Below the pieces are notes generated by a model that saw nothing but the letters and a program-made list of their open reading frames with translations, searched no databases and was not told where the DNA came from. 64,000 bases of DNA, taken from NCBI RefSeq assembly GCF_026210795.1, contig NC_089434.1, positions 496,001-560,000 of the forward strand, given 5' to 3'. This DNA is from Rhizophagus irregularis. Lineage: Eukaryota. Positions 26,935-38,698 of this stretch are shown here, in pieces. Both the position numbers and the translations under genes were made by a program. Numbering within the stretch: the stretch's first letter is position 1; each line of letters starts with the position of its first letter.

Positions 26935-28792
26935 ATGTCTCTTCAGAAAGACTCTTCAAGTAATACTAATTCAAATATTCCTGCCATACTGTTGGTAGGA
27001 AAATCCGGTAAGAATTTATGCACGTGGTGTCAGTTTTACTATAAACATAATTTCATTTTTTTTTTTCAAAAAAAAAAAAAAAAAAAAAAAATTAAGGTGC
27101 CGGTAAAAGTACTTTAGGAAATTTGCTCTTGGGTCGAAATGAATTTGTTGTTTCAGACTCAGCTGTGAGTAATTAGAGTATATACAGTATCATAGAGCCT
27201 TTTAAAACTAATCCAGACAATATTCTCACATAATGTAAACTTTTAAGGAATCCTCGCCACAAGTATGTCAAACTGCTTTGATTAAGATAAATAATAAAAC
27301 GTTCAATATTGTTGATACACCTGGAATTTTTGACACCGGCAAAACGAATCAAGAAATCTTGAAAGAAACAGCCCAAGCAATCTTGCAATGCACTTATGGA
27401 ATTCAAGCCATTATTTTTGTCATGGGTATGTGGAATATTTCGCATTCCTTTATACAGAATTTTTCATATGATTGAAAAAGTTTTCTCATTTTAGAAGCAA
27501 CACGTTTTACTAAGGAACAGAAAGATACTATTAATCAAATTATCAAGTTTCTTGGTCAAGATTCGCTGAACCACATGATTGTAGTGTTCTCAAAATGCAG
27601 AAAGGCTCCGACAAAAGACCCTGACTTGCTCTTTAATTCATTGGTCCAGGAACAGAAGGATTTTCTCAATAGTATTGACAATAGATTCACTGTATCTCCT
27701 GATCTCGATATTTTTGAAGAACCAGACGACCCAATTGTTGAGCGCCACGTGAAAAACCTCAAGAACTATATTGTTGATATTCCAGATTTCTATACAACAG
27801 CTTCCTTTGAAAAAGTTCGCATTGCTCGAGAGAGAGAACTTCAGGAAATTGAACAATGGGAACTCAAAACCGAAGAACAATTTCAAGCTATAGCAAGAGA
27901 AGGCTTTCACGATGATAGTGAATTGCGACAATGGAAGGAAACACGAGAAAATACGAAAAAAAAATTTAAGCAATTACGCGCAAAAGCTGGTTCAGATGCA
28001 GCTGTCAATATGGAGCTTGGAGAAGCTTGTTTTGCTGCAGATTCAAAGGTTACTTTGCAAAATGGCAAAGTTACCAACATTTCGGAACTTGTTATTGGAG
28101 ATTATGTATGTTGTGGCTTTGAGAATGGGAAGAAAATCTTCAGCGAGGTGTTTTTATTTATTCATGCTGACCACGATACAGTGACTGAATTTCAATTAAT
28201 TGATTTCATGAAACAAGATGGATCACAAGGTAATTATTTCATTAATATACAGTATTAATATGTTACCTAGATTTTTTTACTCTCATCGATTTAATTTACA
28301 AAGGAACCCTTTGCGTTACTCCTGAACATCACATTTTCGTGAATGGTGGTGGAACCGATTTTGCCAAAAATGTTATACCAAACAAAACCCAACTTTTTAT
28401 TTCTAACGGAGAGAAATTGGTTCCCGTTACTTCAGCCCGTATATCAAAAGTTAGCATTTTTTTTTTCCTGAAAATTTTTAACTAGTTACTCAATTAGTAG
28501 ATCAAGATCTAATCCCTTTATTTCATTCAACAAGGAACGAAGAAAAGGTTATTATAGTCCCTTGACTCGTAGTGGAAATATTCTTGTTGATGAGGTTCTT
28601 TGTTCTTGTTATGCTTCTGCACCTCCTTATCAAGCCTTGTTTAATTTTGTCTTTGCGCCATTAAAAATCTACACAAAAATTTTTCCTTCTAATTATCTAG
28701 ATAAAGAGATTCATCCTTATGTTAAATTTTTAAGTAGAGGTCGCAGGATAGTAGAATTTCTCGATGATTTAAATATTTCTCGATCTATTTAA
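26935..28792 (+). CDS. GIN1: GIN1-like type B (B1): AIG1/GIMAP-type NTPase + Hog domain; 6 exons
   Basis: MSLQKDSSSNTNSNIPAILLVGKS|GAGKSTLGNLLLG, NIVDTPGIFD, EATRFTKEQ, VVFSKC. Junction GEA|CFAAD (TGT 28028-28030), CVTPEHHIF, GYYSPLTRSGNILVDEVLCSCY, KEIHPY. TAA 28790-28792. Confidence 0.9.
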
Positions 28793-29397
28793 AAAAGTTT
28801 CACAATAACTTTGAAGATTATCTGGGGTTTGCTCAAAGAGTTATTCTGATACGAATTACGGGAAATTAAAAAATCTTACTTTATTATATAATAAATATGT
28901 TGAGAATTTTTAATGATATGAAACTCTCAATAATTATAAATATAGTTTTAAGTGATATCAAGAAAACCTATTTGTATAAAAGAGTTGTAGTAATAAAATC
29001 AAACTTTAATTATCAATCTTAATATACTGTACATATGGTACAAATAAGTGTTTATAAAGATTTTTATAACGTTGCTGTTAATTCTTTAAAAAATTTCTTT
29101 ATCGTAATTGTCTTAATTTTTCATTTCCTCTTAATATATTCGTCCAACGATAAGAATAAATTTACTATTACTATTATACTACAAATTATTTTAAACTAAA
29201 GTGAAAGTTATTAAACACTAAGAAATTATTATAGTATTTCAGTTCATGAAGCAATACAGCATCGATTCTTCACCATTTTAGAAATTGTGTGATATATTAT
29301 CTCTTTAAATAATTTATACAGTAAATTAATGTTGCCTAATTAACTTGCTATTAAATCGATCATCTATCTTTAACCTTTGAAAGCCTACTTATTTTTA

Positions 29398-29547
29398 CAG
29401 CCGTTTTCAAAATGGTTGATGCTATTTATTTATGATTAAATATTCGAATACCAATATTCGTCCGGTTTTCGTCCATTATTTGTCTGGTTTTCCGGTTTTC
29501 ATTTTTTTTATCCAAACATAACAGCATCAACCATTTGAAAATGGCGA
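29398..29547. mobile_element. Small MITE, Tc1/mariner-like, with probable TA target
   Basis: Inverted ends CAGCCGTTTTCAAAATGGTTGATGCT / AGCATCAACCATTTGAAAATGGCG. Absent from the paralogous block at ~47615-47630. Confidence 0.55.
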
Positions 29548-29699
29548 TAATTGAAATTTATCCAAAGAAAATTTGTATACTTTAACACTCATTTATAACA
29601 AAATTTAAGATTCTTTGCCAAGTACCTACAACTAGGGATTGGAATCGAAAATGGAATCTTTTCAAGATTTTTCTTATAGACACCAACCTGACTTAGAAT

Positions 29700-30209
29700 T
29701 AGAAATGGCAACGGTCACGGATTATGACCGGTCATGACCGTGACCGATATCGGTCGGTCAAGACTTATGACCAACCGTTTGACTGACCGTTTGACCGACC
29801 GTTTGACCGACCGTTTGACCGACCAAATTTTTTTATGAAAAATTTACAGCAAATTTCAAAATATACGGGACACTTGAGAAATTTGATTGTCGGGTTGTCG
29901 GGTAGCCGGGTTACTCAGCAGTAGGTTATTATATAATCTGATATACTACTATTCATTATACTCGTCACGACGTCACGTGTTATTTATACTTTTCTAATAA
30001 ACAACCTACTGCTGAGTAACCCAGCTACCCGACAACCCGACAATCAAATTTCTCAAGTGTCCCGTATATTTTGAAATTTGCTGTAATAAAAACACTGCGA
30101 AAATATAAAAAAAATGATCGGTCAAATGGTCGGTCAAACGGTCGGTCGGTCAAAGGTTCTTGACCGGTCATGACCGATAACTGACCATGACCGACCGTTG
30201 CCATCCCTA
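29700..30209. mobile_element. hAT-type MITE (middle element of the nested set)
   Basis: TIR TAGAAATGGCAACGGTC / GACCGTTGCCATCCCTA. Perfect 8-bp TSD CTTAGAAT (29692-29699 and 30210-30217). Subterminal CCGTTTGACCGA repeats. Confidence 0.85.
29847..30083. mobile_element. Tc1/mariner-type MITE (inner element of the nested set)
   Basis: ~80-bp near-perfect TIRs starting CAGCAAATTTCAAAATATACGGGACAC, flanked by TA at 29845-29846 and 30084-30085. Confidence 0.85.
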
Positions 30210-30862
30210 CTTAGAATCAGTTTATAATTTCAGCAAAATGATCAGCACTTGGCCGGCATGAAAATTGGAGTCAGGTTAACTTACATGTAAAAAATTGCTG
30301 AGAATCGATTTTCGAGAATCGATTTTACTATGTTTTGTCAATTTTTGATTAATCGATTCCAATCCCTACCTACAAATGCAGCAGGTGCAGCGGGTTGTCA
30401 ATTCATTTATATTGGTAAAACTAAAAATGGTGTTCTACTAACTCTATAAAAAATATATCAAATATAATTTAACAATAAATAGTTATTGGATGTAGGAATA
30501 GAGTTTGCCGGTTGTTCGACCGATATCCCTCCATCAGTCAATAGGAATATTACGGTGACGCTATCTATTATTAAATTTATTGAAAATATAGTATTATTAA
30601 CTTTTATAACTTTTATTGGTTGAAAATTGAATCTGTACATACAAGTTGATGAAAGTTACGTTATTATTTTTGCAAATAGTACAAATTCTTTTATAGGGAT
30701 GTTAAAATGCTCAACGGTTCAAGCTTACTAGGTTCAGCTCAATACAGTTTGAGCTCAAGCAGGTTAAGCTATTTTATTAAGACAAGCTTCTTAGCAATTA
30801 TTATGTGGTTAGAAATTTGCTTAAATTAAATCCAGTATAAATTAATCTGAATTATTTTGCGT

Positions 30863-31217
30863 TTAATCTATCTGTTCGAGAATCCATTGACCTCGTTTCA
30901 AGTGACGAATATAAGGATGAATTTCTTTATCTGTTATTACAATCAGAATGGACATGATCCATGAGTATAGACGGAAAGAAATCATTACGAAATCGATGAT
31001 CGCTTGATAAGGTGGAGCAACAGCATAGCACGAGCAAAGTATGTCATCAACAACAATTTTACCACTTTGTGTAAGAGGAGAAGTGTAACCATTCCTTAAA
31101 TTAATCAAAGTGAAAATGAACAAAGAAAAGTTAATACGGTATAAAGAAATTTATTAAATACGGAAAATGCAAGATTAATTATTATTTTTGTAACCCGATG
31201 CGGAATCACAGGAATTA
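30863..31217 (-). pseudogene. 3' half of a broken type-A GIN1-like gene (end of Hog domain)
   Basis: Encodes IPVIPHRVTK, an intron, then GYTSPLTQSGKIVVDDILCSCYAVAPPYQ...KEIHPY...LEQID. Homology stops abruptly at 31217. Confidence 0.85.
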
Positions 31218-32045
31218 TTAAAATCCTTTAAAAATTCTCACAACAAATTTTAGAACTGGAATCATTTTTTTATTTTGGGAAAAAATGACACATCTGAAAA
31301 GTGATATTTTGGCAAAGCATATATAAGAAAAAAAATCCGCATAGTTAAAATATATTGGTCACTCAGAAATAATCACACGAGATATTACGTTGTTTTACAT
31401 GATAGCGTAGTCGCTATTCATTTTTCACGTTAGTAATAAAATGTTGATAACAAAATCGGTTCCATGACGAAAAGGTTCCTTGATCGATTAGATAAATAAA
31501 ATTACAAGCAGTATGTATTATATATTATAATAATTTATCTTGTGTCCCACCTTGTTTCATGAAATCTATAATTGAAATTCAGTCATTGTATTGTGGTCAG
31601 CATGAATAAACAAAAACACTTCGCCAAAGACTTTCTTCCCATTTTCAAAGACACATACATAATCTCCGAAATCTCGGTAAGTTTGCCAATCTGTGAAGTA
31701 ACTGCAGCAAAACATTCATATTGCTTAACCTGTGCTTAACCCAATACTTTTATGCTAGAATTCCTTATAATTCTTCCTATTGTCGCTTTTCGTAGTCATT
31801 GCATTGGACAAGAAATTTTGATAATTTGATTGATAGTATTTTTCGTTCCTTAGTAAATGTATTGCTTCTAAAGTGATAAAATTTTTTCAATCATTTGAAC
31901 AAAATATGATTTAAATTTTTTATTACATACAAATATCTGATGATTTAAATACGAAAAATATAATTATAACTAAAAAAATTTGTCTGACGTTTGGATTAGT
32001 CTCCGTATAAATAATTTGAATTGTGTAACTTAAATCCCATGCTAT

Positions 32046-32506
32046 TGTTGTATCAGTTCTTTTACGCTTAAAAATATTAAGCAATTTATATGGTTAGGTA
32101 GCAGAAGGTTTATGTAGTGTATAGACAAACAATATATCAAAATTATCCGATCAGACGTGTTGTATAGCGCTGTATGTCGGCATATACTTCCAAACACGAA
32201 TAAAGGATTTCACTTGATAAAAAACTATCAATTTATAACTTAAATAAAAACTTTTTTTTATTCCCTCCTCATTACAACAAGAAAATTGACCTATATTTAT
32301 AATAAATTATACATATAAGAAGAAATTTAATATATTTACTATGTATAATATGACTAACATGTTCAATACGTTGATCATAACCAACATGTTGATTAGGTTC
32401 GACATGTTAATCATGTTCGGCATATTAATTATGTCCGACATGTCAATCAAGTTAAACATTTGCAACATCGATCAATTTCGGAGTGGCACATGACGATCAC
32501 ATGACA
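32046..32506 (-). repeat. 3' LTR (461 bp)
   Basis: Matches 38699-39123 by eye apart from a 36-bp indel in an imperfect 18-bp tandem repeat. Confidence 0.95.
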
Positions 32507-32516
32507 TCATCCCTCC

Positions 32517-32942
32517 CTAATTTTCAACTCCGTTGAAAATTTCCGAAGCTTGTAGAACTAAACCTTGATATTCTTGAGTGTTAAGTTCTCTCAGCAATGA
32601 TACGTTGGTCTTTTTAGTTCTCATAATTTGTTTGGCTCCTGGAATTTCGAAAATATAAAAAATCCTAGTAGCAGAGGTCCTGTAATGTGCAGTTAACTGT
32701 CGCACAAAGTAATTGCGCTGCACACTGGACTCAGTTTCTTTTTCCAAAAATCGACCCAAATAATATAAGTGAACAAGGAGTAAAAGCCGATTGTTAAAAT
32801 GCTTAATCCGGTTCAAAGCATCACAAAGAATTTCAAATTTTCTTTCAGGCTTCATATTAGGTTCATAGGGAAGTGGAAAAGGTGTCACTTCAACTGGAGT
32901 TGTTTGTAGTAAATCTTTTAGGATACTTTGATAGGGTTCCAT
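32517..32942 (-). CDS. Extra 141-aa ORF of unknown function inside the Gypsy element, between integrase and PPT
   Basis: Intact ATG-to-TAG ORF, sense to pol; its stop abuts the PPT. Preceded by a T-rich tract ending TTATTAG|TATG. No recognisable motif. Confidence 0.6.
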   Translation of the reverse strand: MEPYQSILKDLLQTTPVEVTPFPLPYEPNMKPERKFEILCDALNRIKHFNNRLLLLVHLYYLGRFLEKETESSVQRNYFVRQLTAHYRTSATRIFYIFEIPGAKQIMRTKKTNVSLLRELNTQEYQGLVLQASEIFNGVEN

Positions 32943-33099
32943 ACTAATAATAAAAATAATAAAAAAAAATAATAAAAAAAATGTATATATATATATGTTT
33001 TTTCATTAAACATTAAACATATTAATCCCCAAAAAAAAAAAAAAATGATCTTTGGTCTAATTATTTGTAATACATTATGTACATATATGCATTACGTTA

Positions 33100-34352
33100 T
33101 CACCGTTGATTGTAAAGTTTCAAACGTTCCGAATTTACTGGGGTTTTTAAAATGTCTCCTTGTAATGTCCTTAATTTGTAAACTCCGTTCCCCAAATCCT
33201 CGTGAATGTAATAAGGACCCTTCCAACGGTCTTGCAGCTTTTTCTTTCCCCTCAGCTGACTTTTATATAATAATACAAGATCACCAATCTTGTAAAATAT
33301 TCTCACAAGATTTTCATCATGACGCTGCTTCTGCTGCTGTTGTGCTTCATATATGGCGTCTTGAGTCATCAATCTGTCTTCTGTGACTCTTCCAGTAAGC
33401 ATGCGTATTCTAGCCAATAAATCATCTTGTGAATCTCCTTCATGCAGTTCAGCTTGCATAGTCTTTACTGCAAAATCTACAGGTAGAACGGCATCTCTTC
33501 CATACATGAGATAAAATGGTTTGTGACGCGTGGTGCTTTGCTTTCTTACACGATATGCAAACAAAGCAGAGGACATATACATGTCCCAATCATCATGATT
33601 TTCATTTGAAAATTTCACCAACGCCTCACACAATGTCCTATTAAAACGCTCCACAAGACCATTTGTTTGGGGGTGATAGGCAGTTGATAATTGATGTTTT
33701 ACCCCAAGCTCATCACATAATGAATCCAACATTTCATTAACAAAATGGGACCCACGATTGGTTAGTATTTCTTTTGGGCACCCGTGGCGGCAGATTATGT
33801 CTTCATAGAAAAAAGACACAACTGAAGAAGCTTTTGCATCAGGAAGGGCTCGTGCCTCGGGCCATTTGGTAAGATACTCAGTGGCAACAACTATATACTT
33901 GTTGCCTTTCTTTGTTGTGGGAAGGGGTCCTACGATATCTATGCCTATCCTGTCAAAAGGCATTCCAACTTTGATCGGGTGTAGAGGTTCTACACGTCGA
34001 TTTCCCCCTTTCTTTGGCACTCGTCGCAAGTTCGTACATATCTACGAACATCTTCGTACATCTGCGGCCAGTAATAGCAAACCTTTACTCGCCTATAGGT
34101 TTTGTCCAAGGAAAAGTGTCCGGCCAGCGGATCTGAATGGGTAAAATGTAAAATTTCTCCAATTTCGTTTTCTTTCACAACCTTAATAGGTCTATTTGGG
34201 TTGTTTTTATTTCTTTTGTATAACTGATCATTCAATACAATAAAGTATCGGTCTTTTCGTCTTATTGCATCTTGTTGTTTTTTCGTCATGTCTGTTGGTA
34301 ATGATAAATCCGTCAAAAATCGTATTAATAAATAATATGTGGTGGTATCCAT
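33100..34352 (-). pseudogene. Retrotransposon integrase in a separate ORF, frameshifted
   Basis: HHCC zinc motif (H..PLAGH...CDEC); core GIDIVGP, LTNRGSHF (catalytic D replaced by N), YHPQTNGLVERFN; GPY/F motif WKGPY. 1-bp frameshift at ~34005. Confidence 0.9.
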
Positions 34353-34449
34353 TCCGTTAAATCAATAATGGGAAGTCCGTTAAGTGGTGTCAAAAAAAAA
34401 ATGCGTTAATCCGGTGTGTATATATATATAAAAAAAAATATGGGTTGTA

Positions 34450-37029
34450 TTAAACTCTTATTCGGCTTAGTGTATCGACGTTGGTGTGTTGTTTTCCGGG
34501 GCGGTTAACTATTTCCAAATCATATCCGTTAAGAGTCATCAACCATCTTCCGAGCTTACCAACAGGGTTCGACATGTTCATTAAATACCTTAAAGCGGCG
34601 TGATCAGTTACAACGGTAAATCGTTGTCCGTGCAAATAATGATGAAAGTGCTTGACGGCCCATATAACCGCAAGACACTCCAGTTCCATGACACTATAGT
34701 TCCGTTCATGCTTATTTAGAGTCCAGCTCGCATAAGCAATGACGCGTTCTTTTTTATCGTCATCCTTTTGGGATAATATTGCGCCCAACGCAAAAGTAGA
34801 GGCGTCGGTATATAACAAGAACAGTCTTTCGAAATTAGGATACGCCAATATAGGTGGCATTGTTAAACAAGTCTTTAATTTTTCAAACGCGGCTTGTTGA
34901 TCTTTATCCCAAATATACGGGATATTTTTCTTTAATAACCTATTCAACGGTTCAACGATAGACGAGAAGTTCTTCACGAACTTCTGGTAATACGAGGCCA
35001 GCGCAATAAATCCCCTTAATTGCGTTAAGTCTTTCGGAATGGGAAATTCGTTGATGGTGCGTAATTTTTCAGGATCGGTATGGATGCCTTTTCGGCTCAC
35101 CACATGTCCTAGGAAAGGAAGTTCTTCTTTAAAAAAGAAACACTTCTCAGGACTTAATTTTAAACCAGCCTTCTCTAGACGTGAGAAAACCTGTTCCAGA
35201 TGCACCAAATGCTCTTCGAAGGTTTTCGACCCTACATTAATATCGTCGATGTATACTACCGTGAACTGCCAAAGAATGTCTCGTAACACCATATCCATTA
35301 GACGTTGAAAGGTTGCAGGAGCGTTACAGAGGCCAAAAGGCAACACGGTAAACTCATACGTCCCGAACCTGGTGATGAACGTTGATTTTTCTCGATCTTT
35401 TGGGTCCAATTCGACCTGCCAAAAGCCACTGGCAAGGTCTAAGGACGAGAACCATCGAGATCCTGATAATGTCTCCAACATATCGTCTATTCGTGGTAAA
35501 GGATAGCAATCCTTTTTGGTGACCTTGTTGAGTTTCCGATAATCCACACAAAGGCGCTTCTTCCCGTTCTTTTTTTCTACTACAACCACAGGAGAAGTCC
35601 ATTGACTACTTGATGGCACAATTAGACTGGCCTCCAAGAGTCGTTGTATTTCCTCTTTGATGAACAACTGATTCTGATGTGACGTCCGGTAAAATCTTTG
35701 CTTGATGGGGGTCGCACCTCCGGTATCGATAGTGTGTGTAACCACTGATGTTTGACCGAAATCATTTGAGTTCTACGCAAACAGATTATTATATTTTTTT
35801 ATGAATTCATGAAATTGCTGTTGCTAGTTCTCATCCAAAGTTCCGGTATGGAAATTTCCCATCTCGATCTCTTTATACTGGTAATAATAATCGTTTTCGA
35901 TCAGAGCCGTTCCCCTTAGTCCATCTTCGATTTCCTGGGCTTCCTTTTGGGTGATGAACTGCGTATGACAGTATAGCTGCTCTTGAGTGGTTTCATCTTC
36001 ACTCTCGTATTCTTCATCAGAATCTTCTATAGCTTCATCATCCGGTTCATCATCTGGTTCCTTATCGGGTTCTATATCCGGTACTTCGATACTGATGATG
36101 TGATGTGGCGTCTTCCGACATTCGGTTGATACTTTAATTACATCACCTTTCCATTTAATTGTCATAGTATCATTATCATAATCCAAGATGGCCTTAGTTT
36201 TTTGCAACCAGTCATTACCGACTATTGCTGCGTAAGAATCAGCATCAGTCACGATAGCGTCCATAGGGATGATCTGATCGTGTATTTTTAAAGGAATATC
36301 TGATACGGCTCCTAGTGGTCTTCGCCGTTCACCATTTACGTTTACCATCACCGTTTTTGATGCTCTAGTTATCTCCATATCTAGATCTTTTAACAAAGAC
36401 AGTGAGATAATACTACCGGCGGATCCAGAATCCAAGATCAACGGAAATTGTATATGTTTGATCGAGGCGTCACAATATAAGGCGGAGGACTTGCTGTTAC
36501 TTGATGTGTTCGCCTGCATCAAATCTTGTAGTTCCGCTATACCTCCGTCTTCTGGCGTCTCGTTATTAACAGCGTTTTTGGTTTGAATTTTCTCGGAATC
36601 CTCATCTTTCTTTCGTATGACCAGTTTTCGTAGCTGTTTTGCTATCGTTAGACTGAACTTAGGATTCATCGCCAACAATTGTCCATTCGTGATGTTGGCT
36701 ACCTGGTCGAAAAACTGTTGCGGGGTATAGGGTTCGACCATTTTATTGATCAGAGCGGTAGTGGTGGGTTTCTTCTTGGTATTTTTTTGTAATACCGTTC
36801 TTCTGGGCTCTGCAGTCTTTATAGGTTGTTTCTTTTTCGGATGAAATTGCGTAACCCGTATCTGAGCTTCATCCTCTTCTAACGTTTTATCCTTTGCTAT
36901 TCCTTCCAAAGAATTTAACCTTGCCTTGCTCCTCGTAGTTCTGGTGGCGGGATAGGTTTCTAATAATGTGAGGTTTGAGGGAATTGTATGTTGGCTTGTA
37001 CTCTCACCCTCATGAGGTACGCCTTCTAG
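34450..37029 (-). pseudogene. Retrotransposon pol: aspartic protease, reverse transcriptase, RNase H
   Basis: LILDSGS (protease); RLCVDYRKLN, LDLASGFWQ, LPFGLCNAPATFQ, YIDD (RT); YTDAS, ELECLAV, TDHAAL (RNase H). In-frame TAG stops at 35824 and ~35773. Confidence 0.92.
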
Positions 37030-38648
37030 TTTAAAGACTGATCCTTATCAGTTTCTTGTGGGACTAATTGGGCTAGTAATTGTTGTGATTGGGCGAGTTG
37101 ATTATTGTTGATTGCCAACACTAGTTGGTTGAGGATTAGATCTTCCTTCACCATTATTTGCGACTGATGTCGTATTGTTATTTCGGTCAGGGCAATTCCT
37201 TACTATGTGCCCAGGCTGTCCACAAGAGTAACAAACAATCCTTCTATTTAACAATTGTTGCGGCTGCGGCGTCACTTGCTGCGGATTTCGATAATTGGTT
37301 CCCCTATATCCCCTATTTCCGGTACTCAACTGTTGTACCTGTCTAGTCAAATCCTGAATGGCTTTGTATAGGTCTTCCGTTTGAGTATTAGTGCCTGCAG
37401 GAGCGAATTTATTAAGATAGGCGTTTACCGCATGTTGGTCTTGATGGGTTAACTCATAGGCCTTCGCTCTGTCTACTGCGGCGTTCCAGGTTTGATCGTT
37501 ATGTGGTTTTACGGTGACGTACAAGTCAGGCAACAACCCGTTTACAAATTTACGAGCTTTAATAGCTTCTGGATATGCGAAGGCGTTAGTCTCTACCTCC
37601 TATATAATTCTTGTAGAGCAGCGGCGTATGTGTTTACGTCTTCGCCGGGCTGCTGTCTTCTTTGTTCCAATTCCGTGGTCCAGATTTCGATCAAGGTTTG
37701 CATTCTGAAGGCGGCAGGGAAATTCAATATAAAATCCGTATTGTTATTGTTGCCAGTCCACGCAACAATCTTGTTCAGATCATTATTCGGCAATGCTTGG
37801 TTGGCATTCCACCAAGTAGAAGCAGCTCCCTTTAGGTATGCTGGTACGACTTCCAATTTTTGTACATTTGCAATACCATTTGCATTACAGGATCTGGTGA
37901 AATCCTCTAACCACGCAACTGGGTCCTGGTTGCCACCATAGAAATATGGCAACTCGGCCACCTTTCCTTCTCGTCTAGGCGGGTTGGCAATGGCCTGTGT
38001 ATTTCCGGCCAAAGCATTGTTGGTGTTAGGTAATGCTTGGGTCAATGCAGCAATTGTTGCGCGTAATTGCTGAAAGTCCTGTTGGTTAGGTTGTGCCATG
38101 TTAATCACTTGTGGGATTACTGGAGCTGGATTATTCGGTGTGTTGTATATAGGTGGTAGGGGAATATGTAAATGGGGAATATTTTCCTCGGAATTTTCAG
38201 ATGTAGTATCACTTAAAGCTTCAGGTTCTGGTGAGGTGGTAGTCTCACTGACTTGATAAAGGACTTCGTTAGGGTCCTGTTGAAATCCGTTAGTTAAATT
38301 ATAGGCGTTGATAAGGTCCTGACGCAATAGAGTATAATCTATTGTTGGTTCTATATCAGCGTATCGGATGCTGAACAATAGGTTATGTATAGCGTTATTG
38401 ATATCTGTGTTAGTAATCGAATACGCAACCTCTTTAAAATATTGTTGAGTGTATCGGGTGTATTCTACAACCGGATAGTTGGAAGAAATCCAGTCCAAAA
38501 AGTGCTGAAAAGTGGGTGTTAAGGGAATTTCTGATGGGTAACAGTTATTACACGAAAGGTCACGATGATAGGCGGTTACGTTATCTAGCCCTAACTGTCT
38601 ATGTATAGCGTCGTGTATAGTATTACGATCAAAATGGTTTTGGAACAT
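37026..38648 (-). pseudogene. Retrotransposon gag (capsid-like + CCHC zinc knuckle), frameshifted
   Basis: FYGGNQDPVAWLEDF, YLKGAASTWW, QQPGEDVNTY, CYSCGQPGHIVRNC. Frameshifts near 37595 and ~37120. Ends at TTTAAAC-TAG (37026-37035). Confidence 0.85.
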
Positions 38649-38679
38649 AAAAGGGGATTAAAGGTAGGGATCGGAAATT

Positions 38680-38695
38680 CTGGCAGAAGGCACCA
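38680..38695 (-). other. Primer-binding site of the LTR retrotransposon
   Basis: TGGTGCCTTCTGCCAG, 3 bp inside the 5' LTR, complementary to a tRNA 3' end ...GAAGGCACCA. tRNA identity not determined; an acceptor stem starting GCC, as in tRNA-His, would fit. Confidence 0.75.
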
Positions 38696-38698
38696 ATT

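Larger units (their letters stand above)
29633..30368. mobile_element. hAT-type MITE (outer element of a nested set)
   Basis: TIR TAGGGATTGGAATCGA / TCGATTCCAATCCCTA. 8-bp TSD CCTACAAC (29625-29632) / CCTACAAA (30369-30376). Empty site in the paralogous block at ~48874-48915. Confidence 0.8.

Noticed and set aside
29770..29825. CCGTTTGACCGA tandem repeats as a CRISPR-like array
   Set aside because: No spacers, eukaryotic context, and they are subterminal repeats of a hAT MITE.
32517..32942. Extra Gypsy ORF as an env gene
   Set aside because: Too short, with no signal peptide or convincing transmembrane segment; kept as unknown.
33045..37941. Plus-strand ORFs inside the retrotransposon
   Set aside because: Antisense shadows of gag/pol in GC-richer DNA; no motifs.
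38675..38698. tRNA gene
   Set aside because: Only a ~16-nt match to a tRNA 3' end including CCA; this is the retrotransposon PBS.
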